A stretch of DNA of 64,000 nt. It comes from Oscillospiraceae bacterium (GTDB taxonomy: Bacteria; Bacillota; Clostridia; Oscillospirales; UBA929). Position 1 is the stretch's first letter. Every line of letters starts with the position of its first letter. This document shows positions 1 through 10,460 of this stretch, piece by piece. Position numbers and translations under genes: made by a program. Where the stretch lies: the NCBI GenBank assembly GCA_031549605.1, contig JAVBPM010000027.1, forward strand, positions 1,338-65,337. The letters are read 5' to 3'. Under the pieces are notes generated by a model, which saw only the letters and a list, made by a program, of their open reading frames with translations, was not told where the DNA came from and ran no database searches.

Positions 1-69
1 CGTGGTGCCGCCGCAGCCGGTCAGGACCAGCAGCAGGCCGGAGAGTAAGCTGAAAATTATTATTCGCAT
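1..69 (-). CDS. putative lipoprotein, N-terminal fragment (gene runs off the left edge)
   Basis: Minus-strand ATG at 69-67 with GAGGA 7 nt upstream. It translates as MRIIIFSLLSGLLLVLTGCGGTT, a signal peptide plus lipobox. Confidence 0.45.
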   Translation of the reverse strand, partial: MRIIIFSLLSGLLLVLTGCGGTT

Positions 70-79
70 TGAGAAATCC

Positions 80-589
80 TCATTTCTTTAAGGTAAAGCC
101 ATCCAGCATAGCCTGAAGCGCAGCCGCGTGTTTGTTGTCGTTGTCCATGCAGGAGATGATGAAAAACCTGTCGCCGTCGCCGATGAGATACTGCACCAGA
201 TGGCCGGGTGAGCTGCGATAGGTGAGCTTGGCGGCGGTGTATGTGTTGACGCGCTCGTTGAGCGCCAGCTCGATGTCGTGTACGCCACTGGCCTGTCCCA
301 CGGTGTCGACGGTGTAGGTGGCGTAGCTGTCCAGCGTCTGGCCGCTGAGGTTATCCTCGTAGCTGATGTTCAGCGCGGCGCTGTTGTCGGCGGCGTAGGC
401 GGTAACAGTATTGTCCTCCTCGACCAGTCGCCAGCCGTCAGCCAGCGTCACGCGGTAGAGGTCGTCCTCCATAAGAACGGCGTTGGGGTCGACACTGGGC
501 AGTGTCGCGGGTGAAGACCGGCTGTCGGGCTGGCCGCAGGCGGCCAAGCAGAGCAGCAGCATCGGTAGCGCGCGCCATGATTTTTTCAT
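80..589 (-). CDS. hypothetical lipoprotein
   Basis: 169-aa ORF. The N-terminus MKKSWRALPMLLLCLAACGQ has a signal peptide and an LAAC lipobox. No recognisable catalytic motif. Confidence 0.6.
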   Translation of the reverse strand: MKKSWRALPMLLLCLAACGQPDSRSSPATLPSVDPNAVLMEDDLYRVTLADGWRLVEEDNTVTAYAADNSAALNISYEDNLSGQTLDSYATYTVDTVGQASGVHDIELALNERVNTYTAAKLTYRSSPGHLVQYLIGDGDRFFIISCMDNDNKHAAALQAMLDGFTLKK

Positions 590-631
590 GCAATCGCTCC
601 TATTGTGTCGTGTTGTCGTACAAATGATGCG

Positions 632-2035
632 CTAGTCGACCAACGCGCCTCGCATGGCGGCACAGCAGGTCTCGGCCAGCTGTTGAGATGGCATTTCGCT
701 GAAAATACGCAGCAGCGGCTCGGTGCCGGAAAAGCGGGCGATGACCCAGCCGCCGTTGGAAAAGGTAATCTTACAGCCGTCCAGCGTGCTGACCTGTTGC
801 ACGGCAACGGGAAACGCAGGCAGCGGCAGGTTGTTTAGTTTAGCCACCAACGCCGGCTTGTCGGCGGCGGCAAAGCACACGTCAAGCTCGGCAGTGCAGA
901 AACGGCCAAAACGCTCCTCCAGCTGTTGCAGCAGCTGGCTCAGCTTGCAGCGACTGACGGCCAGCATTTCGACCAGCAGCATGGCGGCGTAGATGCCGTC
1001 CTTGCCTTGGATGTGGCCGCGCACCGTCAGGCCGCCTGAGCTCTCGCCGCCAATAATCGCGTCGGTCTCAAGCATCTTGCCCGACACGTGCTTAAAGCCG
1101 ACAGGCACCTCATAGCAGCGCTGCCCGTGGGCGGCAGCCACCTTGTCAAGCAGGTGGGTGGTGGCGATGTTGCGCACGGCCGGACCGGTCCAGCCTTTGT
1201 GCGACAGTAGATAATCGTAAAGCAGTACCAGAATGAGGTTGGGGTGGACAAAGCGTCCAAGGTCGTCGATAATGCCCAGCCGGTCGGCGTCACCGTCGGT
1301 GGCAATGCCGATGTCGACGCCGTTTTCCTTGACAAAGGAGACGAGGTCGTCAAGTGTGTCGATGTTGGGTGCCGGCAGGCGGCCGCCAAACAGCGTGTCG
1401 TGCCGCTCGTGGATGGTGTCAACGTCGCAGCGCGCCGTCAGCAGTAGCGTTTGCAGGCTGGTCTTGCTGACACCAAACATGGGATCAAGCGCCACGCGCA
1501 GGTCGGCGCGGCGGATGGCAGCCATGTCAACGGAGCCGATGATGGCGTCGAGGTAGTCGTTTTGCGGCCTGATGACCACAATGCGGCCGGCTTGCAGCGC
1601 TTGCTCGAAGGGCAACTGCTTGATGGCACTGTCCGCTTGCAGCGCCAGCTTGGCCTCCAGCGCGGTCGTTATCTGTTCGTCGGCGTCGCGGCCGCCGGCT
1701 GTAAATAGCTTGATGCCGTTGTACACGGCGGGATTGTGGCTGGCGGTAACGGCCAGCCCGTAGGGCAGTTGTTTTTGCTTGACAACAAACATGACCAGCG
1801 GCGTGGGCGCCGAGCGGTCGATAAATTGTACGGTAATGTCGTTGGCGGCCAGCACCTCGGCGGCCCAGCCGGCAGCCTCGCGTGAGAGAAAGCGCCGGTC
1901 GTAGCCAATGACAATGTCGTGCCGGTGCTGCTCTCGCAGTGTGTCGGCCAGAGCCTGCGACAGGCGTTGGACGTTGCGCTTGGTAAAGCCGTCGGCGATG
2001 ATAGCACGCCATCCGCCGGTTCCGAATTGAATCAT
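632..2035 (-). CDS. phosphoglucomutase/phosphomannomutase family protein
   Basis: Active-site motif TASHNP (VTASHNPAVYNGIKL) and Mg loop ATDGDADR. Start moved to ATG 2035 (MIQFGTGGWRA), which has GGAGGTG upstream; the track's upstream extension looks non-coding. Confidence 0.85.
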   Translation of the reverse strand: MIQFGTGGWRAIIADGFTKRNVQRLSQALADTLREQHRHDIVIGYDRRFLSREAAGWAAEVLAANDITVQFIDRSAPTPLVMFVVKQKQLPYGLAVTASHNPAVYNGIKLFTAGGRDADEQITTALEAKLALQADSAIKQLPFEQALQAGRIVVIRPQNDYLDAIIGSVDMAAIRRADLRVALDPMFGVSKTSLQTLLLTARCDVDTIHERHDTLFGGRLPAPNIDTLDDLVSFVKENGVDIGIATDGDADRLGIIDDLGRFVHPNLILVLLYDYLLSHKGWTGPAVRNIATTHLLDKVAAAHGQRCYEVPVGFKHVSGKMLETDAIIGGESSGGLTVRGHIQGKDGIYAAMLLVEMLAVSRCKLSQLLQQLEERFGRFCTAELDVCFAAADKPALVAKLNNLPLPAFPVAVQQVSTLDGCKITFSNGGWVIARFSGTEPLLRIFSEMPSQQLAETCCAAMRGALVD

Positions 2036-2153
2036 GTCGCACCTCCTACCGCAGCTTTCAGTATAGCACAGGCGCTGTTTCTGCGCAATGGCGCGACCGG
2101 CGCAAGTTTGTGATAGCATTTTGCAGTTTACTGTGATACAATAGGAAAAACCT

Positions 2154-4664
2154 ATGCCAAGGACGTGTTTTTGTATGCCAAACGCCACCCCGGAGCAGCT
2201 GCTGCATTTTATTGATATGTTTGCCACGTGGGTCTTTGAGACCGACGAGCACTACGTCGTTACATACTGTCACAAAAAGCCTGATTTTGAAGCGACTGTC
2301 TCGGCCGAGGAGCAGATTGGCTTGGTGTTTGGCAGCAATCTGTCGCAGAATCAGGCCGAGCGCTTTATGTCGCTGTTTGAGGAAAATCGACAGCGCCGCA
2401 CGCCCACCTTTACCACCAGCTATATCAATCCGTTGGGCGACTTTTTTGTCATGTATCTGAGCAGCAAATGGGACGGCGACACCTTTAAGGGCTACCGCAT
2501 TGTGTCGGCCAACGCCACCCATCTGGTCAGGCAGGATCAGGCCGAGCAGCAGCTGACGCAGATGCTGCACTATCAGGACGTGTTGGCGTCGCTGTCGCTG
2601 GCGCTGACGACCGGCGACAGCTACGAGCAGCAGCTGGAAAACGCATTGATGATTGTCGGTGAGTTTTTGGATGTGTCGCGCATGGCCATAATCTGCCACG
2701 CCGAGCACAACGACCGCATGGAGACCGAGGTGCAGTGGAGTGTCGGCGACAGGCCCAGTGCCGATGTTGACCGCGCCGAGCAGGCGCTGCGTCACGCTGT
2801 GTCGGAAACGCTGCAAACGTCGTCGTGCCTGTGCCTTGAGGATGCCGAGGCCGAGGACAGTCCCGTTTGCCGGCTGGCCAGCGCCGCCGGCGTGCGCTCG
2901 GGTATGGCGGTGCCGATCAATGCCGATGGGCTGACCGCCACCTATCTGTGCGCCGAGTGCTTTGTGCAGCCGCACAACTGGAATGAATCGCAAATCAATG
3001 CCATGCGGACGACGGCGTCGATGTTGAGCGCGCTGTTGGCCAAGCGGCACATCGAGCGGCAGCTGGTGGACGCCATGCACCGCGCCGAGGACGCCAGCCG
3101 CGCCAAATCCGACTTCCTCAGCCGGATGAGCCATGAGATTCGTACACCGATGAACGCCATCATCGGCATGACCAAGATTGGCCAGACAACCAAGGATGCC
3201 GGTAAAATGCAGTACTGCCTTACCAAGGTCAACGAAGCAGGCAAACACCTGCTGGGCTTGATAAACGACATTTTAGATATGTCCAAGATTGAGGCCAACC
3301 GGCTGGAGCTGTATGAGGAGGCCTATAACTTCGAGACAATGCTGGAAACGGTGTGCAACGTCGTGTCGGTGCGGGCCGAGGAAAAGCAGCTCAATTTGTT
3401 TGTTGATATCAGCAACGAGGTGCCGGTCGAGGTCATGGGTGACGAGCTGCGTATGTCGCAGGTTTTCACCAACCTGTTGTCCAACGCCATTAAATTCACG
3501 CCTGAGCACGGCGCCATTTATCTCAATGTCAAGAAAATTCCGGCGCGGAAGGGCGCGCCCTGCATGGTGCGTGCCGACGTCATTGACACCGGCATTGGCA
3601 TCAGCGCCGAAAAGCAGAAAAAGCTGTTCACCTCCTTTGAACAGGGCGAGGGCAACATTGCGCGCCGCTACGGCGGCACGGGTCTGGGCCTGTCGATTAC
3701 CAAGAGCATTGTCGAGCTGATGGGTGGCACCATAGCCGTGACCAGCACGCCGGGCGAGGGCAGCTGCTTTTCCGTCACCTTCCCGCTCAAGCTGACCGAC
3801 AAGCTGCAAAAACGGCGTGGCTACGACAAAAGCATTTATCGCAATCTGCGTGTGCTGGTGATTGACGACGACCAGAGCGTGCTCGATTATTTCGAGCGGG
3901 CACTGGGCGAGTTTGGCATAAACAGCGACCTGATTTCAAGCGGCGAAGAGGGCGTTGAGCTGGTTAAGACCGCCGCCGATGCCGGCGTGCCCTACCAGAT
4001 TATTTTTGTCGACTATCTGATGGAGGGCATTGACGGCATTGAAACAACGCGCCAGATTAAGAAAATTATCGGCGACAGCGTCAATGTCATTATGATTTCG
4101 GTGTCCGACTGGAGCGTTATGGGCAAAGAGGCCGAGGCGGCCGGTGTGGTCAGCTTTATTCAAAAGCCGCTATTCCACTCCTCGATTTTCAACGCCATCA
4201 ACCAGCTGGTGATTAACCGCCGTATGCTACGGGAGACTAAGCCGGTGGAGATCGCCCGCCGGCAAAAGACCTTTAGCAAGTGCCGGCTGCTGCTGGTCGA
4301 CGACATAGAAATCAACCGCGAGATTGCCGCCACACTGCTGGAGGATACGCGCATGGTCATCGACTGTGCCGAAAACGGCCGACAGGCACTGGATCTTTTT
4401 GCCGCCGGTGCCGACAGCTACGATTTGGTGCTGATGGATATGCAGATGCCCGAGCTTGACGGCCTTGAGGCGACTCGTCGCATCCGTGCGATGGATGCCG
4501 GGCGCAGCGCCGACGTGCCGATTGTCGCCATGACGGCCAATGCCTTTAAGGAGGATGTCGACGCCTGTCTCGCCGCCGGTATGAACGACCACATCAGCAA
4601 ACCGATTGACGTCGAAGAACTGCTGGACAAGGTGTACCGGCATTTATCAGGCAAAGAGGATTAG
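2154..4664 (+). CDS. hybrid sensor histidine kinase/response regulator (two receiver domains)
   Basis: H-box [14 protein letters not shown]; N/G boxes [25 protein letters not shown]. Two REC domains follow (VLVIDDD...; [13 protein letters not shown]...[14 protein letters not shown]). Confidence 0.85.
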   Translation: MPRTCFCMPNATPEQLLHFIDMFATWVFETDEHYVVTYCHKKPDFEATVSAEEQIGLVFGSNLSQNQAERFMSLFEENRQRRTPTFTTSYINPLGDFFVMYLSSKWDGDTFKGYRIVSANATHLVRQDQAEQQLTQMLHYQDVLASLSLALTTGDSYEQQLENALMIVGEFLDVSRMAIICHAEHNDRMETEVQWSVGDRPSADVDRAEQALRHAVSETLQTSSCLCLEDAEAEDSPVCRLASAAGVRSGMAVPINADGLTATYLCAECFVQPHNWNESQINAMRTTASMLSALLAKRHIERQLVDAMHRAEDASRAKSDFLSRMSHEIRTPMNAIIGMTKIGQTTKDAGKMQYCLTKVNEAGKHLLGLINDILDMSKIEANRLELYEEAYNFETMLETVCNVVSVRAEEKQLNLFVDISNEVPVEVMGDELRMSQVFTNLLSNAIKFTPEHGAIYLNVKKIPARKGAPCMVRADVIDTGIGISAEKQKKLFTSFEQGEGNIARRYGGTGLGLSITKSIVELMGGTIAVTSTPGEGSCFSVTFPLKLTDKLQKRRGYDKSIYRNLRVLVIDDDQSVLDYFERALGEFGINSDLISSGEEGVELVKTAADAGVPYQIIFVDYLMEGIDGIETTRQIKKIIGDSVNVIMISVSDWSVMGKEAEAAGVVSFIQKPLFHSSIFNAINQLVINRRMLRETKPVEIARRQKTFSKCRLLLVDDIEINREIAATLLEDTRMVIDCAENGRQALDLFAAGADSYDLVLMDMQMPELDGLEATRRIRAMDAGRSADVPIVAMTANAFKEDVDACLAAGMNDHISKPIDVEELLDKVYRHLSGKED

Positions 4665-4677
4665 TCGCTAACATGAG

Positions 4678-4706
4678 CAGACCCGGCAGTGGCCGGGTCT
4701 GTTTTT
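4678..4706 (+). terminator. rho-independent terminator after the kinase gene
   Basis: Hairpin cagacccggc-agtg-gccgggtctg followed by TTTTT. Confidence 0.6.
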
Positions 4707-4754
4707 ACATTTTATGGGAATCTGTTTTTATTTTTTGCAGAGCAACATAGTGCA

Positions 4755-4783
4755 TTGACCGAGCGGTCAAAGTATCATACAAT
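4755..4783 (+). promoter_or_regulatory. sigma-A-like promoter with a palindrome over the -35
   Basis: TTGACC-17 nt-TACAAT. The -35 lies in the perfect palindrome TTGACCgagcGGTCAA (4755-4770). It sits 43 nt upstream of the 4826 start. Confidence 0.4.
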
Positions 4784-4825
4784 ACAGTATGTCGCGAAGC
4801 GATAGATAAAAAGGAGGACTGGGAA

Positions 4826-5359
4826 ATGAAAAAGTCAACTGTTCGCTGGATTGCGCTGATTGCCGGCATTTGCCTGCTGCTGCTGGGGTGCGCGTTGTTT
4901 GCCACGCCGGTGCTCAACTCGGTTGCGGTCGCCTATGTCGCCGTCGCCTTGATGTTGATTCACGGCGTGACGGAAATCTGCCACTATTTCACGAGCCGTA
5001 AAGAACAGGGTCTGTCGGGTTGGTCGCTAGCCGACGGCATTATTACCACCGTGTTGGCGCTGATGCTGCTGTTCCAACCGGGCGCCGAAATGTTCATGAT
5101 CTCATACATCTTTGCCTTCTGGGTTTTGTTTACCGGTGTTACCCGCACCAGTGCCGCCTTCACGCTACGTGATATCGGTGGCAAACGCTGGGGTTGGGTG
5201 CTGGCGGCCGGCATCATCGGTATCCTGCTGGGCGTGCTGGCACTGTTCAATCCGCTGTACGGCATTCTGGTTATCGGCTTTATGCTGCCCATGCTGTTTA
5301 TCATACAGGGTATCTCGGCCGTTGCCGTCTTCTTCGCCTCGGGTGACGACAAAGAATAA
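4826..5359 (+). CDS. HdeD/DUF308-like integral membrane protein
   Basis: 177 aa with about six hydrophobic helices in the repeated DUF308-like pattern. Strong RBS AAGGAGG. Confidence 0.5.
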   Translation: MKKSTVRWIALIAGICLLLLGCALFATPVLNSVAVAYVAVALMLIHGVTEICHYFTSRKEQGLSGWSLADGIITTVLALMLLFQPGAEMFMISYIFAFWVLFTGVTRTSAAFTLRDIGGKRWGWVLAAGIIGILLGVLALFNPLYGILVIGFMLPMLFIIQGISAVAVFFASGDDKE

Positions 5360-5376
5360 CGCAGGTTTATCATACG

Positions 5377-5406
5377 AAAGCGGACAGCCTCGGCTGTCCG
5401 CTTTTT
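5377..5406. terminator. bidirectional terminator between convergent genes
   Basis: Hairpin aaagcggacagc-ctcg-gctgtccgcttt with a T-run on the plus side and an A-run start. Confidence 0.6.
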
Positions 5407-6153
5407 CTAATGTGTATGCGCTGCCAGGAAGTCGTCTACAACGGCGTTGAAAATATCGGGCTGCTTGACCAGCGCAAAGTGGTCGGCATCGGGCAGAATG
5501 TCCAGCCGTGCATTGGGCAGCGATTGGGCAATCAGTCGTGTGTGCGACTCTTTGATGACGTCGTTCTGTCCGGCCACGACCAGCGTCGGCGTGGCGATGG
5601 CCGCCAGCTGCGCCGGTGCGATGTGTGGTTCGCGCAGCATCAATCGCAGCGTATCGCGGCTGTGCCGCGCTTTGGCCGAAAAGGCAAAGAGTTGGCACAG
5701 ACACACACCTAAACAGACGAGCAGCTGTGTCTGCGCTTTAACACCGCCGGGGTCGAGGTTAGCGCCCACCAGCGTCAGCGTGCATAGGCGCGAGGTGTCG
5801 CGCAGCGCGTAGAGTAACGCAATGTTGCCGCCATCGCTGAAGCCGAGCAGGTGGCAGTGGTCGATGTCAAGCGCTATTAGCGCCGCACCCAAATCAGTGG
5901 CCATTTGCTGCAATGAATAGGGTGCTGTGCCGCGCGGCGACTTGCCGTGACCGCGGCTGTCAATGGTAATGACGCGGTATTGATTGCAAAACAAGGCCAC
6001 CTGCGACGCAAACAGCCGCCCATCCTCACCGTTGCCGTGGAGCAACACCAGCGGTGTGCCATCGCCAAAGCTCTCATAGTACAGCCGCGTGTCGCCAACG
6101 TCCAGCCAGCCTTGGCTGTCGGGTGTCAAACCAGCGCCGTCAGTTGCTGGCAT
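5407..6153 (-). CDS. alpha/beta hydrolase
   Basis: Nucleophile elbow GFSDGG and an HGNG oxyanion region. The start may be the TTG at 6129, which overlaps the upstream stop as TTGA. Confidence 0.75.
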   Translation of the reverse strand: MPATDGAGLTPDSQGWLDVGDTRLYYESFGDGTPLVLLHGNGEDGRLFASQVALFCNQYRVITIDSRGHGKSPRGTAPYSLQQMATDLGAALIALDIDHCHLLGFSDGGNIALLYALRDTSRLCTLTLVGANLDPGGVKAQTQLLVCLGVCLCQLFAFSAKARHSRDTLRLMLREPHIAPAQLAAIATPTLVVAGQNDVIKESHTRLIAQSLPNARLDILPDADHFALVKQPDIFNAVVDDFLAAHTH

Positions 6154-7205
6154 AGCGCGTCAATGTCGGCGGTGGTGTTGCCACTGCCCAACGAGAGGCG
6201 CAGCGCCGACCCGGTGACCTCCGGCGGCAGCAGCATGTCGGCATATAATGACTCTTGCTTTCCCTTGCTGCACGCCGAGCCGGTCGACAGGCAGATGCCG
6301 GCGTCACTCAATCGCCGCACCAGCACCTCGCCCGGTTCCGAAGGCAGCGAAAAAGCGACGATATGCGGCGCTGTATGCGGCGGGATGATTACAACCTGAG
6401 ATATGACCGCTAATTTTTCCAATGCGTATTCTTTTAGCGCCGTCAATTGCGTCGGATAGGGCAGATGTTGCAATGCGACATTGAGTGCAGCAATGCCGGG
6501 CACGTTTTCAGTGCCGGGACGACTGCCGTTCTCCTGCGAGCCACCCTGCCACAGCGGCGACAACCGCGCACTGTGGCGCGCAATCACGGCGCCCACGCCT
6601 TTAGGAGCGCCCAGCTTGTGACCCGAAAGGCTGAGGGTCTGCGGTCGTTTGGGCAGGCTGACGTGACCCAGCGCCTGCACCGCGTCGCAGTGCAGCCACG
6701 CCGACGGACAAATCAGCGACATGGCGTTGGCAATGTCGTCAACCGGCGGCATTGCGCCGGTGACACTGCACACGGCGGTGCAGCAAACCAGCACGGTCTC
6801 GGGCGTCAGCGCCTTGGACAGCGCTTTCATGTTGAGCTGGCCCGTCTTATCGGGCGGGATGACAACAATGTCGTAGCCCTTGGCCTTATAGCTGTTGACG
6901 GCCTGCGACACCGAGGGGTGCTCTAAGGATGTGGTAATGATGCGACCGCGCGGCTTGCCGCGCAACGCCGATGCAATGGCCAGATTGTTGGCCTCGGTGC
7001 CGCCCGAGGTAAAGACAACGTCCTGTGCGCGTGCGCCGGTGAGGTCGGCCAGCCGATTGCGTGCCGCGGTCAGCAGCTGCGCGGCCGCCAGCCCCGGCGC
7101 GTGCTGCGACGAGGGGTTGCCGTAGGTGTCGGTCATGGCGTCAAACGCGGCCTGTGCCGCTTGCGGCAGAACTGGCGTGGTGGCGGCGTGGTCAAGATAA
7201 ATCAT
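6126..7205 (-). CDS. cysteine desulfurase (class V aminotransferase, NifS/IscS-like)
   Basis: N-terminus MIYLDHAATTP, PLP lysine in SGHKLGAPKG, and active-site Cys in STGSACSKG. Confidence 0.8.
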   Translation of the reverse strand: MIYLDHAATTPVLPQAAQAAFDAMTDTYGNPSSQHAPGLAAAQLLTAARNRLADLTGARAQDVVFTSGGTEANNLAIASALRGKPRGRIITTSLEHPSVSQAVNSYKAKGYDIVVIPPDKTGQLNMKALSKALTPETVLVCCTAVCSVTGAMPPVDDIANAMSLICPSAWLHCDAVQALGHVSLPKRPQTLSLSGHKLGAPKGVGAVIARHSARLSPLWQGGSQENGSRPGTENVPGIAALNVALQHLPYPTQLTALKEYALEKLAVISQVVIIPPHTAPHIVAFSLPSEPGEVLVRRLSDAGICLSTGSACSKGKQESLYADMLLPPEVTGSALRLSLGSGNTTADIDALCQQLTALV

Positions 7206-7254
7206 GGCAAGCCCTCCTAATGCGTCATCAAATGCGCTGCGGTACGTCGTGCTG

Positions 7255-9033
7255 CTATTTGAGATTGAGCTGAAGGTGCAAATCGGTCAGCTGGTGGTTG
7301 TCGACGTTGGCGGGGCTGTCCATCATCGGCTCGACGGCTTGCTGCGTCTTGGGGAAGGCCAGCACATCGCGGATGTTGTCGGTCTGCGCCAGCAGCATGA
7401 CGATGCGGTCAAAGCCAAAGCCGATGCCGCCGTGCGGTGGCACGCCATAGGTAAAGGCCTCAATCATATGACCGAAACGCGTTTTAATTTCGTCGTCGGG
7501 TAGGCCGAGCAGCTGGAACATACGCTGCTGCACATCGGCCCGATGGATACGAACCGAGCCGGAGCACAGCTCATAGCCGTTCATGACCATGTCAAAGGCC
7601 TTGGCGCGGCAAGCGCCGAGGTCGCTGTCCAGCAGCGCAACGTCCTCGTCCATCGGCGCGGTAAACGGGTGGTGGGCGGCGACGTAGCGGTTCTCCTCCT
7701 CGCTGTACTCAAAGAGCGGAAACTCGGTAATCCACAACGGTTTGTAGTCGTCGGGCTTAATCAGGCCAAGGCGGCGCGCCAGCTCGCAGCGCAGACAGCC
7801 CAGCACCGTCTTGACCAGCCGGTCGTTTTTGTCGGCGACAACAAAGAGAATGTCGCCGTCCTTGAAATCAGCGGCGGCAGTCAGTGCCGCCAGCTCGGTC
7901 TCACTCAATTGCTTGGCAAACGAGGAGGCGACGGTGCCGTCCACGCTCTTGTGCCAAGCCAGTCCACCGGCGCGCAGGCCGCGCGTGTACTCGACCAGAT
8001 TGTCAAGCTCCTTGCGAGTAAAGCGGCCGGCCAGGCCCTCGGCATTGATGAGTCGCACCGAGCCGCCGCCGTGGATGGCGTCGCCAAAGACGACAAAGTT
8101 CGTCTCTTTCAGACATTCGGAAACGTCAATCAGCTTGAGGTCGTAGCGCAGGTCGGGCTTGTCGGTGCCGTACTGCTCGATGGCGTCTTTGTAGGTCATG
8201 CGCGGAAAGGCGGGCAGCTCGACGTTAAGCACGCTTTTAAACAGCGACTGCATCATGCGCTCGTTAATGTCTAGGATATCGTCGATGTCGACAAAGGACA
8301 TCTCCATGTCAATTTGGGTGAAGTCGGGCTGGCGGTCGGCGCGTAAATCCTCGTCGCGGTAGCAGCGCGCCAGTTGGAAGTAGCGGCCGGTGCCGCCGAC
8401 CATCAGCAGCTGTTTATACTGCTGCGGCGACTGCGGCAGCGCGTAGAACTTGCCGGGGTGCAGGCGCGACGGCACGAGGTAGTCGCGCGCGCCCTCGGGC
8501 GTGGACTTGGTCAGCACCGGCGTCTCGACCTCGATAAAGCCCTCGGCGTCGTAGAAGTTGCGGACGGCCATAGCCGCTTTGTGGCGAATACGCAGATTGT
8601 GTTGCAGCGGCGCACGGCGCAGGTCGAGGTAGCGGTACTTGAGACGCAGCAGCTCATTGGCGTCGCTGTCGTCGATAATCTCAAAGGGTGGGGTCAGTGA
8701 TTTGGAAAACACCGTCAGCGCCGTCGCCAGCACCTCAATTTCGCCGGTCGGCATATCGGGGTTGATGTCCTTACCGTTGCGGCGGCTGACTTGGCCGGTC
8801 ACGGTCACGCAGTACTCGCCGCGCAGCGCGGCTGCCTGTTCAAACAGCGGCGCGTTTTCCGTCTCGTTAAAGGTGCATTGCACAATGCCGCTGTGGTCGC
8901 GCAGCTGTACAAACAGCAGGCCGCCGAGGTTGCGCGTGCGCGCAACCCAGCCGCACAGCGTGACGGTTTGGCCGGCGTGGCTGCCGCGCAGCGCGCCGCA
9001 CAGCAGGGTGGGGGTGTGTTGAAAATGAGGCAT
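7255..9033 (-). CDS. aspS: aspartate--tRNA ligase
   Basis: 592 aa, recognisable as a full-length class II AspRS (FVQLRD OB-fold, FRDEDLRADRQPEF-like motif 2, GGIGFGFDR motif 3). Confidence 0.95.
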   Translation of the reverse strand: MPHFQHTPTLLCGALRGSHAGQTVTLCGWVARTRNLGGLLFVQLRDHSGIVQCTFNETENAPLFEQAAALRGEYCVTVTGQVSRRNGKDINPDMPTGEIEVLATALTVFSKSLTPPFEIIDDSDANELLRLKYRYLDLRRAPLQHNLRIRHKAAMAVRNFYDAEGFIEVETPVLTKSTPEGARDYLVPSRLHPGKFYALPQSPQQYKQLLMVGGTGRYFQLARCYRDEDLRADRQPDFTQIDMEMSFVDIDDILDINERMMQSLFKSVLNVELPAFPRMTYKDAIEQYGTDKPDLRYDLKLIDVSECLKETNFVVFGDAIHGGGSVRLINAEGLAGRFTRKELDNLVEYTRGLRAGGLAWHKSVDGTVASSFAKQLSETELAALTAAADFKDGDILFVVADKNDRLVKTVLGCLRCELARRLGLIKPDDYKPLWITEFPLFEYSEEENRYVAAHHPFTAPMDEDVALLDSDLGACRAKAFDMVMNGYELCSGSVRIHRADVQQRMFQLLGLPDDEIKTRFGHMIEAFTYGVPPHGGIGFGFDRIVMLLAQTDNIRDVLAFPKTQQAVEPMMDSPANVDNHQLTDLHLQLNLK

Positions 9034-9046
9034 AGAAAAGCCCTCC

Positions 9047-10297
9047 TTAGTTGTGTATCATTGCGGCAATGGCTTGCGCGTCGAGCGCGCACGGCTGTTG
9101 CTCACCGGTTTTCATATGCTTGACCGCCACGGTGCCGCCGGCTACCTCGTCGTCTCCGATGACGACAACATAGCGGCAGCCCGACTTATCGGCCTGCTTC
9201 ATCTGCGCCTTGAGACTGCGGCCCATGGTGTCGCGCTCGGCCTTGACGCCCAGCTGCCGCAGCGCGTGCGTCAGCTGTAGGCAGGCGGTGCCGTCGACTT
9301 GCGCGTTGCAGAGGTAGAGGTCGCTGGCAGCGCTTCCGCCCAGCCGGATGCCCTGCGCCTCAGCCGTCATCAGCAGCCGTTCCAGCCCGCTGCCAAAGCC
9401 GAGTGCCGGCGTTGCCGGGCCACCCAGCGTCTCAATAAGGCCGTCGTAACGGCCGCCGCCGCAGACGGTGTCCTGTGCGCCCAGTCCGGGGGCCTTGAAT
9501 TCAAAGACGGTGCGGGTGTAGTAATCCAAGCCGCGCACCAGCAGCGGGTTAAGCTTGTAGCCAATGCCCATAGCCGTCAGGTGTCGTTGCAGCGCGGCAA
9601 AGTGATCGGCGCAGTCGCCGCAGAGGTGGTCGACCGAGTGCGGCGCCTGACGCGCTATCGCTTGACAGTCGGGGTTTTTGCAGTCGAGAATGCGCAACGG
9701 GTTGCGTTGGATGCGCTCATTGCAAAGGCCGCACAGCGAGTGCTGCGATAGATAGGCCTTGAGCGCGGCGTGGTACTGCGGTCGGCAGACGCTGCAGCCG
9801 ATACTGTTAAGCTCCAGTGATACGTCGGTCAGACCCAGCGCGCGCAGATAGGTGTCGGCCAGCGCAATGACCTCGGCGTCGGCGTCGGCACCCGACGGGC
9901 CAAAGCACTCGACACCAAACTGGTGGTGTTCGCGCAGTCGACCGGCCTGTGGCTTTTCATAGCGAAAGTTGGGCGCGATATAGTAGACCTTTTGCGGCAG
10001 CGCCTGTGCCAGCAACCCGTGCTCCAGCACGGCGCGGCAGACGCTGGCCGTGCCCTCGGGTCGCAGCGACAGGCTGCGCCCGCCCTTATCGGTAAAGGTG
10101 TACATCTCTTTTTGCACCACGTCGGTGGTGTCGCCGACGCCGCGCTCGAACAGCTCGGTGTGCTCAAAGGTGGGAAAACGGATTTCATGAAAGCCAAAGC
10201 TGTGCGCCACACGGCGCAGCGTTGCCTCCAGCGCCTGCCACGGCGTGCTGTCCAGCACGTCTTTGGTGCCCTTGGGCGCCTGTGTCAAAAGGGCCAT
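9047..10297 (-). CDS. hisS: histidine--tRNA ligase
   Basis: 416 aa class II HisRS (RPEGTA, FRYEKPQAGRLREHHQFG, GGGRYDGL motifs). Directly upstream of aspS, as in many Firmicutes. Confidence 0.95.
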   Translation of the reverse strand: MALLTQAPKGTKDVLDSTPWQALEATLRRVAHSFGFHEIRFPTFEHTELFERGVGDTTDVVQKEMYTFTDKGGRSLSLRPEGTASVCRAVLEHGLLAQALPQKVYYIAPNFRYEKPQAGRLREHHQFGVECFGPSGADADAEVIALADTYLRALGLTDVSLELNSIGCSVCRPQYHAALKAYLSQHSLCGLCNERIQRNPLRILDCKNPDCQAIARQAPHSVDHLCGDCADHFAALQRHLTAMGIGYKLNPLLVRGLDYYTRTVFEFKAPGLGAQDTVCGGGRYDGLIETLGGPATPALGFGSGLERLLMTAEAQGIRLGGSAASDLYLCNAQVDGTACLQLTHALRQLGVKAERDTMGRSLKAQMKQADKSGCRYVVVIGDDEVAGGTVAVKHMKTGEQQPCALDAQAIAAMIHN

Positions 10298-10385
10298 GGT
10301 GTTCCTCCTGCCGTTAAATAGTGATACACGTTAGAATATCACAGCTGCGCGGTAAAAAGCAAGCAAAAGACACGTAAAAGGCGGC

Positions 10386-10414
10386 TTGACAGAACGTAAG
10401 TTCCGTGATATTCT
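10386..10414 (+). promoter_or_regulatory. sigma-A-like promoter
   Basis: TTGACA-17 nt-TGaTATTCT (extended -10), upstream of the 10461 start. Confidence 0.45.
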
Positions 10415-10460
10415 CCACGTGAACCGATTGAATCGATTCAATCGAACGGAGGAACATACT

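Noticed and set aside
2036-2227. 64-codon N-terminal extension of the phosphohexomutase ORF
   Set aside because: The family N-terminus (MIQFGTGGWRA) begins at 2035 with a GGAGGTG SD. The extension overlaps the divergent kinase promoter/start region. Similar over-long track starts were trimmed for serC, secA, gpsA, helD, vanW, the kinase and others.
2058-3248. 396-aa ORF on the minus strand
   Set aside because: It is antisense to the well-supported hybrid histidine kinase. Its Arg/Gly/His/Leu-rich composition is typical of shadow ORFs in GC-rich DNA, and it has no RBS or motifs.
10298-10460. Possible T-box leader upstream of hisS-aspS
   Set aside because: Only ~165 nt separate hisS from the divergent gene, and much of that is the other gene's promoter. 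I could find no T-box sequence or specifier/antiterminator arrangement.
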